This document shows, piece after piece, positions 1-13,154 of a stretch of DNA of 64,000 nt (positions within the stretch are counted from its first letter, which is position 1; each line of letters starts with the position of its first letter). The stretch lies in assembly GCF_964194025.1 (NCBI RefSeq), contig NC_134475.1, forward strand, positions 50,096,001 through 50,160,000. The letters are read 5' to 3'. Made by a program: the position numbers and the translations under genes. The notes under the pieces were generated by a model that saw nothing but the letters and a program-made list of their open reading frames with translations, did not search any database and was not told where the DNA came from. The DNA comes from Convolutriloba macropyga (Eukaryota).

Positions 1-235
1 TTTCGCCACATAGCGTGCTTTGTATTGGTCCACTTGACCACTGGGTCCCAATTTCACTTTGTAGACCCAATTGCCCGGTATGACGTCCCTGTCTGTGGGT
101 GGTCTCACTAGGCTCCAAGTCTCGTTGTCTTGGAGTGCCTTGACCTCGTCCTTCATTGCCCTGTGCCACTGGTCCCAATCGTCATCTTGCTTGGCTTCGT
201 AGACTGTTTTGGTTTCCACATAGTCACCCTCAGTC
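1..235 (-). pseudogene. copia reverse transcriptase N-terminus (truncated by window edge)
   Basis: Translates as YVEPKTVYEAKQDDDWDQWHRAMKDEVKALQDNETWSLV...GNWVYKVKLGPSGQVDQYKARYVAK, the typical start of RVT_2. Confidence 0.9.
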
Positions 236-363
236 ACACCAAGATGGGTCCTGACTTCTCCAAAGAATTGCGGAACAATCCTTGCTCGTGTCCCTCGTCT
301 GGGCTCTGCCCTGTCCGCTTGCTCCAGTGCCTCTTCAAAGAAGCCAACTGTCTGTGAGAAGTC

Positions 364-1470
364 CTATGTTTCACTGTGTTCCAGTGACTCCGAGTCTCGG
401 AGACTCCCTCTTGTTGCAGTAGATTCTTCATCCAGTGCTGCTTCTTCAACATCTGAGGCATCTCGTCTCAGTGTCGTTTCTTGAGTGTTCACGCTCTCTG
501 CGTAATGCCACTCCTCCTTTATTGCAGTAGATGTGCCATGCTCCTCTTTGTTGCCATCGTCTTGATGAACATCATCTGGGTGCCAGATCCCCAGTTGTTG
601 TGACCCCTCATTTAGTAGGTCGGGCGTCTCTGTGTTGTCAGGGATTAAGCCCACGTCGGACTCCTTGATTATCACATCTCGAATTGCCACCAGCTTGCGT
701 GTGTTGGGTACGTACACCAGGTATCCGTTGTCTCCTTCAGTGTAACCCACAAACTTTCCTTCCAGTGCCTTGGGTTCAAGTTTGCTGACATCTCTGTCCC
801 GCTTCCTCATGAAGACTGTGCAACCAATAATAGATAGTTTACTAATTGAAAGCTTATTTTTTATACCTCGCATCAGCTCTGCTGGGCATTTTTCTTCTCC
901 TCGTCTCACAACCAAGTTCCTGATCCTTGTTGCATGGAGAATTGCTGCTCCCCACATCTTCTTGGGAAGACCCGAGTCAATGAGCAAGCATTTTGCCATC
1001 TCCAGCAGTGTCCTGCTGCACCTCTCAGCTAAACCGTTCTGTTGTGGCGTCTCTGGTATGGTCTTCTCCTGTAGAATGCCTGCATCTAAACAGTTCATCT
1101 TGAACTGCTCTGAAACAAACTCCTTCACATTGTCTTGTCTCGGCTTCTTGGGCGTCTCCACACTGAGAACAATCTTCTTCAGGTTTGCCAGTGCTTCACT
1201 CTTTGCCTTAAGCAAGTCAACAAGCACAAAATTCGTGTACTGGTCTGCAAACACAATGCAGAGCCAGAACTCTGACACTGACTCTGCTCTGAAAGGTCCC
1301 ATCACGTCTGTGAACACGCTCACCAGCTTCTGTTCTGCTTGGGTCTCTGCCACTCTTGCTACTGGAGTCTTTGTGATCTTGGCCAGTGCGCACACATTGC
1401 ATACATCATCGAGTTCCCCCACTGTCTCTGGTGCATTCCTGACCACATCCGCTTGATTCAAATGACCCAA
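364..1470 (-). pseudogene. pol: copia integrase region
   Basis: GHLN...CNVCALAK zinc-binding motif; FTDVMGP, DN..EF and TPQQNGLAER (DDE core); SKLEPKALEGKFVGY SH3-like motif. Confidence 0.92.
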
Positions 1471-1479
1471 TCGTCTGTG

Positions 1480-1884
1480 TCACTTCCTTGCACAGTCCAG
1501 TTTCACGCTGTTGGAACTCTTCTTGAATTCTAGAACGCTGCAGGGTAAGTAAAACAAATTATTTTCTTGTGTTAGTTTTACCCGAGTTCCCTTCTGGAGT
1601 TTCATGCAGCTATTTCCTTTCTTGAAAGTGAAGCTATGTCCCCACTCCGTGCATCTTGAGACTGATAAGAGGTTTGAAGAGTAGTCCGGCACACACAAAA
1701 CATTTTTGAGATCGCATTGGAATTCCCCTTTGTTTGAGGGTATGCTGATCCTCGCACAGCATCTGCCCACCACTCTGGAAGCCTCTCCGTTGGGACTTCT
1801 AACCACTGAGTGAATGGGCACAAAGTCCAGGAACGCATCGATGTTCGTCACTATGTGATCTGTACAACCACTGCCCACTAGCAT
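1480..1884 (-). pseudogene. copia aspartic protease / beta-barrel region
   Basis: LVGSGCTDHI (catalytic D of DSG changed to G); LKNVLCVPDYSSNLLSVS motif. Confidence 0.85.
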
Positions 1885-1914
1885 GCCTGCTGTCTTCCAC
1901 TGAGTAAGAGATGC

Positions 1915-2824
1915 TCAGTATTCCTCGTTTGGTGAAGCCAATGTTGGACCCATTGCCACCGAGTCATATTTGCCTCCATCTCTTTGTCTCTTGCATGCCC
2001 TGTCTAGGTGACCTTTCTCACCACACTTGCTGCATTGTGTTGTCTCCTTCCTCCTGCAGTCTTTGGCAAAGTGTCCAGGGATCCCACACACAAAGCAGTT
2101 TCCTTTCCTGGGTCCCGTCTTAAAGTCACGCTTCACTGCCAGTGCCACTGAACCACTTTGTCCCTTATGCCACTGTGCTGTGCTCTCATGGAAGTTCTGC
2201 AGCCTATTCCTCAACTCTGTGAAGTTCGTTGCCGGGTTAAAGCTTTCCTGTATAACAAAACTTTCATACCTCATTGGCACACCATTGAGGACCAAGGCGT
2301 TGAAGAGGGTCTCTGAGACTGCTTCCCTGCTTCTTGTAGCCGTGTGAGCCACTCCTGTCCTCTGATGAAGAAGCTATCCAAATCCTCAGCATCGTCGAGC
2401 TGCAGTCGAGCAGGCTGTGCCACCAAGGTCACCACTGTCGGCGTCTCCACACTCTGAAATCTCTCCTGCAAAAGCTTCCAATTGCTCCATCTCCGATGAC
2501 GTCATCTCACACACAGTCGTGTCTCATCAGCATGAGGGTTGTTGCATCTAGAGTCAGTGCCAGATGGCACCACACATTGTTCCGTTTCTAGTTGATGTCT
2601 GCAACTTATTTCTCATATACATCCTTCAGCACCTTGTGGTTCTTCTTTTCATCATTGCTCGCCCCATTGGCTAGTGGTGCAGGCTCATTGGGTTGCTCCT
2701 CTGTCCCAAGTAGTGATTTGTAGAGTCCCTTCGTCTGCATCATTGCCACAAATCTTGTGCTCCAGATTGGAAAGTCCTGTGCCTTTCCTGTGTAGGTCAG
2801 CAGCTTCACTGTTTGTTGATCCAT
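1915..2824 (-). pseudogene. gag: copia gag, fragmented across frames
   Basis: ATG at 2824 (MDQQTVK...FPIWSTRF); knuckles CFVCGIPGHFAKDC and CSKCGEKGHLDRAC; pieces 2606..2899, 2271..2471, 1915..2352. Confidence 0.88.
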
Positions 2825-2942
2825 CGTAGTTTGAGCAGGCAAAACAGTTGTGAAAAGAAAAGGTAATAAGCAGAAAAGGATTATGACTGTCAGCAACAAA
2901 TTAATTTTGTTTCAGAGATTAGTTCTACGACTTAGAAAATCG

Positions 2943-2956
2943 CTGGGCCCATAACC
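2943..2956 (-). promoter_or_regulatory. primer-binding site complementary to internal (half-molecule) tRNA-iMet
   Basis: GGTTATGGGCCCAG immediately after the LTR end ...AACA, the same PBS as Drosophila copia. Confidence 0.9.
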
Positions 2957-3239
2957 TGTTGGGTTATGGGTTTTCGCAAGCGGAATAAAAAGCGTTTTTA
3001 ACTAAGTAGAAAAATTAATTTCTCAAAATGAGAGAATAATAAGAATGGTATTTTACAGTAGAATATAGAGATTTACAGGAGATATCTGATTATTAGATCA
3101 AGATGGTGATTTGAGTTTGAGGATGAAAAAAGACTAAAAAATCAGCTGTATACATACCCATTATCAGTGCGAGAAAGTCAAGATACAAAACTAATCTTAG
3201 CACCATGATTTACAGTGAGGTCGCAAGAGTTACCCAATA
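2957..3239 (-). repeat. copia 5' LTR (~283 bp)
   Basis: Bounded on + by TGTTGGGTTA...TTACCCAATA (imperfect terminal inverted repeat) and abuts the PBS. The partner LTR is not in the window. Confidence 0.75.
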
Positions 3240-3899
3240 TGGTTTGCTACTGCAAATTTCCCAGAAATCAGGCGCAGGGGGTACCATAGACGGTATGCAT
3301 TTACACTTTTCTATGAATTCGTTCACATTTCCGCTGGTATCATAATCATTCAATACATGCTGGGAAGATTTTACATCAAATAATCTCACTCTAAAATTAG
3401 TTATCTAGATTCACCAATTTGATTTGAATATTGATTCTAAGCACCATTTCTTGACGATTCATTTATATAAATTCTCTGATTAAAATCAATTTGCTTTTGT
3501 CTTTCTAATTTGGTAGGTTAATTTTTCTTTCTTATTCTCACTAAGTTTTAGACTATAGTTTGATCGATATTCTAACACTTTTTTGCTGGATTTTTCTGCT
3601 GGATTTTTCCAACATGATTTTTTTCTGTTATTGGTTGCGCAAAATAAAACAAAATTACAATAAAGAAAGTTTCATTACATTAGAACAGCATTTATATAGT
3701 TTTAATATGTTGTTCTGTTCTTTATATTCTTACAATTATCTGTTTCTTTATATTCTTAGCTTTCGTTTGCTTTTGTTGCGTCTTGTTTTTTATTTTATTT
3801 CTATTTTAAAACTTCCTGGGGAAAAATACTCATTTCAACAAGACATTAATTTATTCGATGTCAAAGGAATAAATGATAGATAGATATATCGGACGATAG

Positions 3900-5300
3900 T
3901 TGCCATGATACAAAGCTTCAGAAGTTTGCTGGTAAATCTTCTGATGACTTCGAATTGTGAAAATGTTCTAATTGAAATTCAAAAGTGTTTCCTTCATTTT
4001 CCTCCATCATATGTGAAACTTCTAAAACTTCTAAAAGTTGCTTTTTTTCTCGATAACTTTTTCACGATGTGAAAATTCCATGAAATAAATTCTACGCAGC
4101 GTTTTCATAAAAGCATTTATCAGACAATCATAACTGTTGCGGACAAATTATTATCAGAAACTGACATATGTGAGATGAATTGTGCCTCCTTTAGTAAAAA
4201 AATGCTTTAAAAAGTGCTGGAAGAAACAATTTTTTCTTCTTAACATTTAACGGTCAGCCGCATATCGGGGCAACGTATACAGCTGAATCAGCGCTTGATT
4301 TAACAATTGGACATAGTTCATTTCAACTCTAAATTTTTCAGAAAGTGGTACAAAATTGAACCCAAATAATTTTTAAAACACATTTTTAAAGCGATGGGAA
4401 TTAATTTTTTGGCATAATCCGAAAAACTGTAAGACAGTTTTTTAAAAGTTGGAATAGCGCATAGACCTTGAAGTTATTGTTATTTATACAATTGATTTTA
4501 AGTGTTATGTGAATTTGATATAATTTGTGCAACTTTTGGGTTTAAGTATTACACATATATCACAACTACCTCTTTGGAGAAGAGAGTTTTATTATAGGTG
4601 AAACTATCTGTTGTAGATTTTTTTTATACGTGAACTGCTAGCTAAACTTCGTTTCAGCTCACACAATTAATTTATTTTTTATTGGAAGATTATCTCAAAC
4701 GATTAGCAGTAATTGACTTTGAACCAATAATTAAGAGATTTTGAGCAAACTTAGAGGTCAAATTCATGTTACTCTCGAAACCGTCCAACTGTTATTTGAG
4801 CCAAAGATACAATTAGCAGTGCTCCGGTTATTAATTGTTTAGTTTTTGTTTTTATTAAAAGTCGTGGAAATTTTAACACTGTTGGGCTTTGAACTATACA
4901 GCGAAGCAGCTGTGGCCGGTTCCAGTTCTTGCTTGCCATTAAAAACAACCGGCTTAAAATAGAGAAAAACTTTTGCTGTCAGATACAACTGAATTGAAAT
5001 TGTCATAAATTGAAAAATAGATTGTTTGGGTCCGTTGGGCCAAAGTGAAGACCCGATTGTGTGAGTCCAAATGCAGCTATGCTGCAATCTCAATTAATGA
5101 ATCGTTTTGTGAGTATGAGATGTAGTACTGATTTAGATATCAACAGTAACCATGAGTTTTAAAAACATGTAATTTGCTATTCTAAAATCTTGAATTATTT
5201 TCAAAAAAATTCATTAGCAAATGTTCGGGCCATCTTGTCATCTCTTGTTCTATGCAAACTTTCTTTCTGATTGCTTCATTTACTAAGAGACTAATACAGT
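3900..5300 (-). mobile_element. possible highly decayed hAT (Buster-like) transposase relic
   Basis: Scattered minus-strand peptides THTIGSSL and VSLAQITVGRF resemble Buster motifs HTIGE.L and LSNNTVSRR. No termini found; boundaries approximate. Confidence 0.3.
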
Positions 5301-5640
5301 GTTGGGACCGGTATAAAACTAAACCAAAAAAAATAATTCAATTTGCATTGAAAAATCCACACTTTCAAAAATCTACACTTAATAAATTTGAATTTTGAAC
5401 TGTTTTGAATCTGTTTCATTTGAATCTTTTGCTTTCCTTGTGAATTTAGGAATTTGACTAAAAAAGTTTCTCAAAAATTGAAACCCCAGGAATCGTTTTC
5501 ACGCACAAAAAATTACAGGACAAAGTTCGAAGGTAAAAGTTTGATCGAAAATCAAATGGACAACTTTCGATTAAATAGGGCAAGGCGGAAGATGAATTTT
5601 ACTGATTAAGATGAACATACTGATTTCATTATGCCGAGGG

Positions 5641-8327
5641 TTTTATTGTTCCGACCCTCTTGAGGGGGGAGGAACTATATACTCAACTGGGTTTGTTTTT
5701 TTTTGTTCCGTGAATTTTCGCCGCTCGATATATTCATCGTAGAGAGTTGAGACTGGTATCATTAGAAAGCTCGTCCAGCGTAGAATATGGAATTAAAAAG
5801 ATTTTTTTAATTCTCGTTTTCTACAGGGAGTTATCGAGGCTTAAACTTCTGAGAAAAGAAGAGTGAATTCACTTTGTTTTTATTCACATTTTCCGGAATT
5901 TTTGCCTAAATTTTCGTCAATTTTGCTAAAATTTGTTATAATTTTTAAGAATAGTATCGTTGATTTTATTTTTGAAGACGAACAAGCATTTTTGATTGTT
6001 TTGATTTAACTTTTTGATCAAAAAATCTGGATAAACATTTCAAAATTTAGCCTTTTTCATCAACAACAGCACGAAATAAGCTACTTTAGTCCACTTTGAT
6101 TAAATTGGCCTACAGTACACCCCCAAACAACACTCATACAATCTTTGTAGACTCAGAGGGGGGCTATTTCTACTTCAGAGTCCGCAGAGAGTGCCTTGTA
6201 GTTAAAACTTTGCCGTTTTTTGCTAACTTTACTCGTTGATTTTCAAAAATGCAAAATTTATTTTGAGTTTCAACTCAGAAATTATCTATATCTACAACAT
6301 TCGAAAAATCAATTGTTCTTAAAGGACAATAAGTATTAACAGGGGTAGTTTTGGGCCATTCTTGGACTGTTACAATCCAAAAAAAAATCGGGTTGTAATC
6401 AGTCGGTCTTTTTTTTAAAAAAAGAAGACTTTTTTTTTTAATAATAAAGAACAGAACATATCAAATCAAAGCTCAGGAGTGATAGGTCCAACCAATTCGC
6501 TTGCTAAACAGCTCCAGGCTAATGCATTTAGTTTTTTAATTGAAAGTTTATGGTCGTTTCTTTTTTAAAAATAATTGACTTTTCAATAAATAATGGCTTA
6601 ATTAACTTTTCCTCTATTTTTTTCTTAATTTGTTCAACTTCCAGCTTAGTGTCAGCAAAAAAAGACTGCTTCTTCTTTCTACTGAGTTAACATTTATTCT
6701 CGGTTGCAGTTTTCAGCCTGAAATTATTGTTTTCTGGCTTTGATACTACAAGATTTTAGATTTTTGTTTGTTTTGATATTTGCCAGTTTTTCACGTTTTC
6801 TAATTTTGTCACATTATCACATTATTGACAGTTCTCATGTCACCTTATTAGCATTCAAATTAAAGCACAATTGAACATATTAAAATCCTGAAAGATATAA
6901 ATCATCGTTTTAATGGCCTCGACGCCTCTTTCTTGAAGAAATCAATTGAATTTTTTAATTTTGTCTTAACTGTCATTTATACTTTGTCGTTTCGGTCGTA
7001 TGAAATTTCCTGTATAGTGATAGCTGTCATTGGCTTTTCAAGGAAGAATAGAAAAACCGATATTCTGATATTAGCAGATAGCTGATGGCTTTTATGACTT
7101 TCAAACCCATCGTTTTCCAAAATTAAAAAAAAAACTTTTTTAACTTCGCAATTTTGTTCTTTTTATGTTTCTTTTTGTTACCTAATCACGTTAGTTGATT
7201 ACAGGTCAAATATGACATTATGGGTGTCAAGGGAATAAAAGGGATTGGTGTCCCAAAATCTTTTTTTTAAAGATTTTATTATGACCTTACTGGCTTCGAC
7301 ACCGCTTTTTCACAAAAAAAAAATTAAATTAATTTGATTTTTGTCATATTTGACGTTCTTTTTGTAGATACAAGAAATATTCTGGATAATTACAGGTCTC
7401 GAGGGTTTCCTTTTCATGAAAAAACGACGATATTTAAATAGCTCTTTTTGTAATTAATGCCTTTCATGACATTGAATGTAATTTTGTTTCGAAAAAAAAA
7501 TTAAAAGTATTACATACTTTAGCACTTCGCTTTTTTGTCTACTTATTACCTAGTCTTACTAATGAATGGCCACGTACTACATTATAGCTGTTTGAAGAAG
7601 GCGCAATCAAATATATTTTGAGTGCCAAAATTTGGCTTGACGGTTTTGACAGCGTTTTCTGGCAAGTTTCAATTGAAATTTTGTTTGTTCTTTGTTGTTC
7701 TTTTTAGCCGCTCTAATAAATGAATAAGGTCAGGTCCTAATGACCTTCTATAGAAGCAGTGGTGATCGCAAATTTGTGGTAATATTAATTCATTCCTAAT
7801 GGTATTTATTACTTTGAAGTTAATTGTTTCAAAAAAATAAGTTAATTTTTTTTACTTTTCTGTTTTTGTTCTTTTTTGTATAATTGTTACCAAACCTTTT
7901 TATGGACTGGTCGCATATGTTTTCTGGTGATTTATAAGTTATTTTTGTTTAGTGTCAGGTTTATCTGACGGTATGTTGACTTTGTTATTAAATTTAGTTT
8001 TTAAGAGGGACATAAATTTTTTGATGTAATTAATGTTTGTTGTTGTTGTTGTTTGATTTTGCTGTTCGTTTTGACTCGCTTTCTTAATATTGACATAATA
8101 CAGCAATCTAATGCATTAATTTTCACTCCACTGAGTTATTTGTTTTGGAGGTTATCTTATCGTTCATACAGAATTTTTTGAAAAAGACTTGGGCTTTTTT
8201 GGGATTCGCAAAAAATAATTTTTGGGTTTTTCTATCTGTTCCTCATTTGGTAGACAATTATGCCAAAATTGTGGATGGGCGGGTTCGGAACCTTATGTGC
8301 CATTGCACATTACCGAGCCGCCTTGTT
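5641..8327 (+). mobile_element. Helentron-associated non-autonomous element (DINE-1/HINE-like), family B, ~2.7 kb
   Basis: 5' TTTTATTGTTCCGACCC with nearby partial inverted repeat; 3' subterminal GGGTTCGGAAC (8281..8291), hairpin ATGTGC-CATT-GCACAT (8295..8310), end CTTGTT. Homologous in inverted orientation to 62067..64000. Confidence 0.75.
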
Positions 8328-10126
8328 AGATTCACATTTCGTATCTGCTATTCGGCTGTAATCTTACCCACCATTACATAGTCAAATGAAAATTTCAATG
8401 TTCTTAACGTGTAACCAGAACTTTACGCTAAAATTTTCGAAAAATTATCACAAAAATTGTGGCCTAATACGGGGAAATATCGTTCTATAAATACTATTGG
8501 GAAATCGAAGTCAAACGCTCGCCGATTTATGCGAATAAAATATTTAGCAAATTCTGGATGTAACGGCTGCTCTCCTATCAAAGTCAAGGAAATTTTTACA
8601 CCGCCTAGTTCGTTTCAGCGGTTTCAAATCAGTCCGGATATTGTGTTTTTGCAGTTAACTTTTGTGAACTGTATTATCCGTTATACTGTAGATTACCGTT
8701 GCATTACTTGTTGCTCAACTACTCCTGATAACTAATTGCTCAGCTTTGCTATTTAACTAACTTGTTTCTATCAGAATAACAAAATAATTCAAATTGAAAC
8801 AATCAAATTTTTGTCGAGTTTTTTGTTAATAACTCAAGTTATAATTCGAAATCGCAAAATCTCAAATGTACAGCTCTAGATAACTGTCCTAGGAAGTGAC
8901 TGTGACAATTTGTTTCTATAATCAATGTCTCAATGTTTTCGGAGACCTCTGCGCGATAATCAAAGTTAACAAGTTTAACCAAATTTGCACTTTGTGCTTC
9001 TCAGCACACTCAATTGCTCAATAACGCAATTAATGAACTATGCTAGGCTTCGTTAAAGCCAGTAAGAGAAACTGACTTTATGCTTTGCACAAAGTTTCTC
9101 TTACTTAGGAACTTCGTTCCTCAGAAAGAAAGTTTTTAGAATATCAAAGTTAATTCTCTTTTCACAAGTCAAAGTAAAGTTAAAACTGTACAATCACTAA
9201 TATGATCTACAGAAACAAGACACAGTCATAAGTAATTTACCGCTCAAGAAAACGTGCTTCAATGCGCACTGTATGTCAGTTTAATACGACAAAATTAACA
9301 AGTTTCAACTGATTTTTGGTAGTTTTTCAAGCTCCTTTTATGCTGCTAGTCACGTGGATTTACATGTCAAATTCAACTGTTAATTGGTTGTAGATAATAA
9401 TTTCGACAGAATGTGAACACTGTTCCATAACGTCACCATTTCAGTCTAAATTTGATGTCATGGGAAATTTGTTAACCATGCATGTAGAAGATTTGTCGAA
9501 TATTCTGTATCAATAACAGGTTGATTCGCAATCCAATCGCAAAGAATCTGATGCAATATTGTTAAGTCGTAGTATTGTTTTGCTGGTGGTTGAGGTAGTT
9601 CGAGTTTGAATTTTACTTCATGTATGACAATTGTGTACTAATAATAGTTGCTAAAGATAAATGTTGAACGAAGAGAACAAATCCGTATGACTTCGATAGA
9701 AGTAGCACTAAATTTCGCGTGTCACGCTATTCTAGCTTTAATGCTTGAAATGACCTTGCAGCGCTACTCAATTTGGTGATTGAGTTAAAAAGCTCAGCCG
9801 CCACACTGGATGAAATTATTGGAAGTGATTAGTTTGGAGTGGAATTATAAAAGAGCTTGGCTCTTTTCCAGTTGCCTTGTCATTTTTATAAAAAGAATGT
9901 GTGGATCATCTTTTCAATTAGCCCCCGTCCTCCTCCAAGCACGTTATGACGTTATGCAGACCTCAGTTACAGCCAACTTGGCATTGCATTGCAAATCATT
10001 GTGTGAAAATATGGCAATTGTATAAATTTAAATAAAAATAAATCTTGGAGGTTGCTCATAAAATGCTCACACTAAGCTGTTGGGCGTAAACTGAAATAAG
10101 TTTCATTGACTGTTGATGTGTTGCAG

Positions 10127-10355
10127 AAGTGAACAAATCGAATAAGGTGATGCGTGCGATAGACGAGCAGCAGAGAGTGAGGACAGCCCAGTTCTGGAAA
10201 CAACATGGAGAGTTGAAGAGTGAGATATCTAAGGAGAGAGAAGAGATGCAACAGATCAGAATAGCCAATGCTAACACTACAGCCATGTTGCAACAGGGCA
10301 CAACAGATCCCATTGAAATGGGCAGGAAACGCAGGAGGGCGGCCACCGCCAAAAG
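10127..10355 (+). CDS. internal exon of an uncharacterised host gene (coiled-coil-like, basic RKRRR)
   Basis: ttgcag|AA GTG... open frame ...GCC AAA AG|gtttct. GC-richer than flanks; phase-2 end matches the next exon. Confidence 0.65.
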
Positions 10356-11364
10356 GTTTCTTTTACTCTCTCAGTTCTACATTTAGTGTTGTTTTCGTTA
10401 ATTTCTCAATTGTGGTAGATTTAAATCGTCTAAATTCATTGTACAAGGGGCGTGCACCATTATAAGCATTACGTATGTTCAATATTGACGTAAATAATGA
10501 ATTATTAAAAGAAAATATTTGCTGCTAAACAAAGGTTATAAAAGAGTTTTTATTACTTGTTTTTTGTTAACAACAAAATTATAAAATTTGTTCATGTTCC
10601 AGACTTCAAAATATCAATTGAGACCGCAAAAAACATCCATGTGGCAATTTTATTAATGAATTTCGCAATTTCCGCAGTACATTAGTATCAGTTCTGGATA
10701 GCCAAAACCTTTTCTTCAGTTATCTGACTGATCCAAAAATATAATGGAAAAGTACAATTCATTGTGCTCAATGCCTGCTGTGGTAGAAAATCGTTCCATG
10801 TCGAACAAATTTGTTAGTCTTATTTTGACGGTAAGAGAAAGATGTTTTCAGCTGACTTTGAAGTCTGTTGAAGCTTTATACACGTTTGTGTTTGCTGTAC
10901 AACTGTTAGCGTTTTATTTAAGTTAGCTGTACCAATGAACTTTAAAAATGCGCCCTTTCATTCTCGGAACATCGACTAAACAAATTCCAGAGCTGAATCA
11001 TAACATTTCAGGACTGCAATTTTCTCTGAGCAGTACTACGTTCATGTCATTTTTTCAGCTGATCATATCAAAATTCAAGAACGAAAAAGCTTCTCTGAAT
11101 TTAATCTCAACTTAATCTGATTTTAATCTGAATTTAATCTGCACAGATGAGTTTTATATTCTGCTCCATATATGCGCAGCCGTAACCTATTTTCAACTTA
11201 TTATGCCATTTACATCGTAGGAAGGAGTCTATGCACGAGTAACTACAGCTGAAAAATATTTCAGGTACGATTGTCTATGGCTAAGCAATAGTCCAAGTGC
11301 CAGTAGCAGCTGCGGCTAAAAAATAGTTATGCACGAGTAAAATGTGGTTTTGAAACACTCTAAG

Positions 11365-11544
11365 TACCTACCTACCTGCGGGTGAGGTGCAGTCCATGTA
11401 AAAAAAACTGCGGATGAAGGATGTCCAGGGAGGCTGACAATCGGCTGAAGGGCATTCCAGAGGATCACACCTGCGGTTGATGGACCGTCCGATGGTCAAA
11501 GCCTTCGGACCACTCCAATGGACCACTCCAATGGACTGCACCTC
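11365..11544 (-). mobile_element. candidate tRNA-derived SINE-like element with (GGTA)n tail
   Basis: Minus strand has A-box-like TGGAGTGGTCCGAAGGC, degenerate B-box GGTGTGATCC and tail GGTAGGTAGGTA. GC-rich island in an AT-rich intron; 14-bp inverted repeat 11384..11397 / 11531..11544. Confidence 0.4.
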
Positions 11545-12577
11545 TGTCTGTGTTTACACGAAGTAGGGAATTGAATTGAAATGAAGCGAAGCAAAAAGAT
11601 AAATGAAACGGATTAGAATTTTGTTTTGTTACAGCTATTTAGTTTGTAAATGGTGGTGATGAAGTAAAAGGTATGTGCCCTTTAAGATGGAAGGGTAAAT
11701 GAAAAGTATGTGAAAAAAAGCACCATTGAACGGTTCTATACTGGCTATCGTCGGTCCAGTACTGTAAATGTTTCCATTGAGACTATCGTTTTCGTTCAAA
11801 CTAAGACAATCATACAAATTTCTACTAAAATCAAATAAAAAGCATACAATTCAAAAAAGGGGCACTAATTTGTCAGATTCTAGTCTTTCGACTTGAATTT
11901 GCTGGTTGCGGCGTGTATTTACTTGTTTTGGTAGGCATTTTTTGTTACTTTCAATGTTTTAAGTCATCGTCATTCTGAGAAAAGGCATTGTTTAAAGAAA
12001 TCAATTTTTCGAAATTTTGTTTTTCCTATAAACATTATGCGAATCAAAACCACAGATGCTCTGTCTATTTACAGAAAAAGTATCTATAAAACGTATACTG
12101 TACATAATGAGGTAGCAAAATGCTCTTAGGGTATACTGATACAGTACTGGGCCGATGATATACACTTGGATTACAATGTTTCAGGACTGATATGCCATGA
12201 GACTTGGGTACAGGTTATTTTTCGATAGCGACAAATCAACTTGATTGAAAAAATGTTTCAGCGTTTTTTTATTGCTTAAAATATTAATTCACCTCAAAAA
12301 TTATAAATGGTATGCATTCTCGTTATTAGTGTACATAAAGGATACATTCTTATTCTTAACAGAAAGGGTGGAGGTCATTTCCAACATTGCGCAAATTACC
12401 GATTGTAGCCTCCAATTACGAAATTACGATTTAATATAGGTAATACTGTCTTGCATTGTTTGAACGAAAATTTTGTCACGAAGGATACATAATACATTAC
12501 TGAAAATGCACGAAACATTTAGGGACACTCAAGTGTTTGATATTTCATGCAGTGTATTGAATATTTCATTGTTTAAG

Positions 12578-12752
12578 TCGACCTAAGTCGGTGTCTCTGG
12601 TGACCTCTAATGCGGCTGCTCGTCCTACCTCTTCAACTTCCATCTCCTTCTCCCGTCCCAATCAAATGGAAGATCTGGATTATGATCTGTTGCCACGCAA
12701 CCAGAGAATCCTCAGAATGCAAAGAGAAGCCAACAAGGAAGTCAGTGAATGG
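12578..12752 (+). CDS. internal exon of the same uncharacterised gene
   Basis: tttaag|T CGA CCT... (phase 2) to ...GAA TGG|gtgagt (phase 0); encodes RPKSVSLVTSNAAARP...MQREANKEVSEW. Confidence 0.7.
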
Positions 12753-13154
12753 GTGAGTGCCATAAAAATTTCCAATTTAAAACATCTCATTTTTTGTTAG
12801 TTCATAGAGCTTCGGAATATGAATCTTTTGCTTAGAAACGAAACCTTTCACCGCTACCTTCAGCTGAAACTGTTTGACTGCTCCTTTATTTTTTTCATTT
12901 TTCGTAAAAATTGAGTAAATTGCGCTTTCTTAAATATGTTTCTATGAGGATGTGCAATCATATATAAGTTTGTCTCGACGTTGTTTATCAAGGTTCATAA
13001 AACTCTAGCATTGAGAATTTCAATATTCCGGTTGTTTCAACCTATAAGAGCGAAGAAACAGTAATGCTGTTTTATTTTAAAAACAAAATTTTTCATTAGA
13101 AAACAAAACTTTCATTGGAAATAGTCACTAATTTACAAATTGCCATTTAAATCT

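Larger units (their letters stand above)
1..3239 (-). mobile_element. Ty1/copia LTR retrotransposon, decayed, 3' part outside the window
   Basis: Minus-strand order is 5' LTR (2957..3239), PBS, gag with two CCHC knuckles, protease, integrase, start of RT. This IN-before-RT order is diagnostic of copia. Multiple stops and frameshifts. Confidence 0.95.

Noticed and set aside
770-1456. 228-aa plus-strand ORF and similar antisense ORFs across both retroelements
   Set aside because: Shadow frames opposite genuine pol/env coding sequence.
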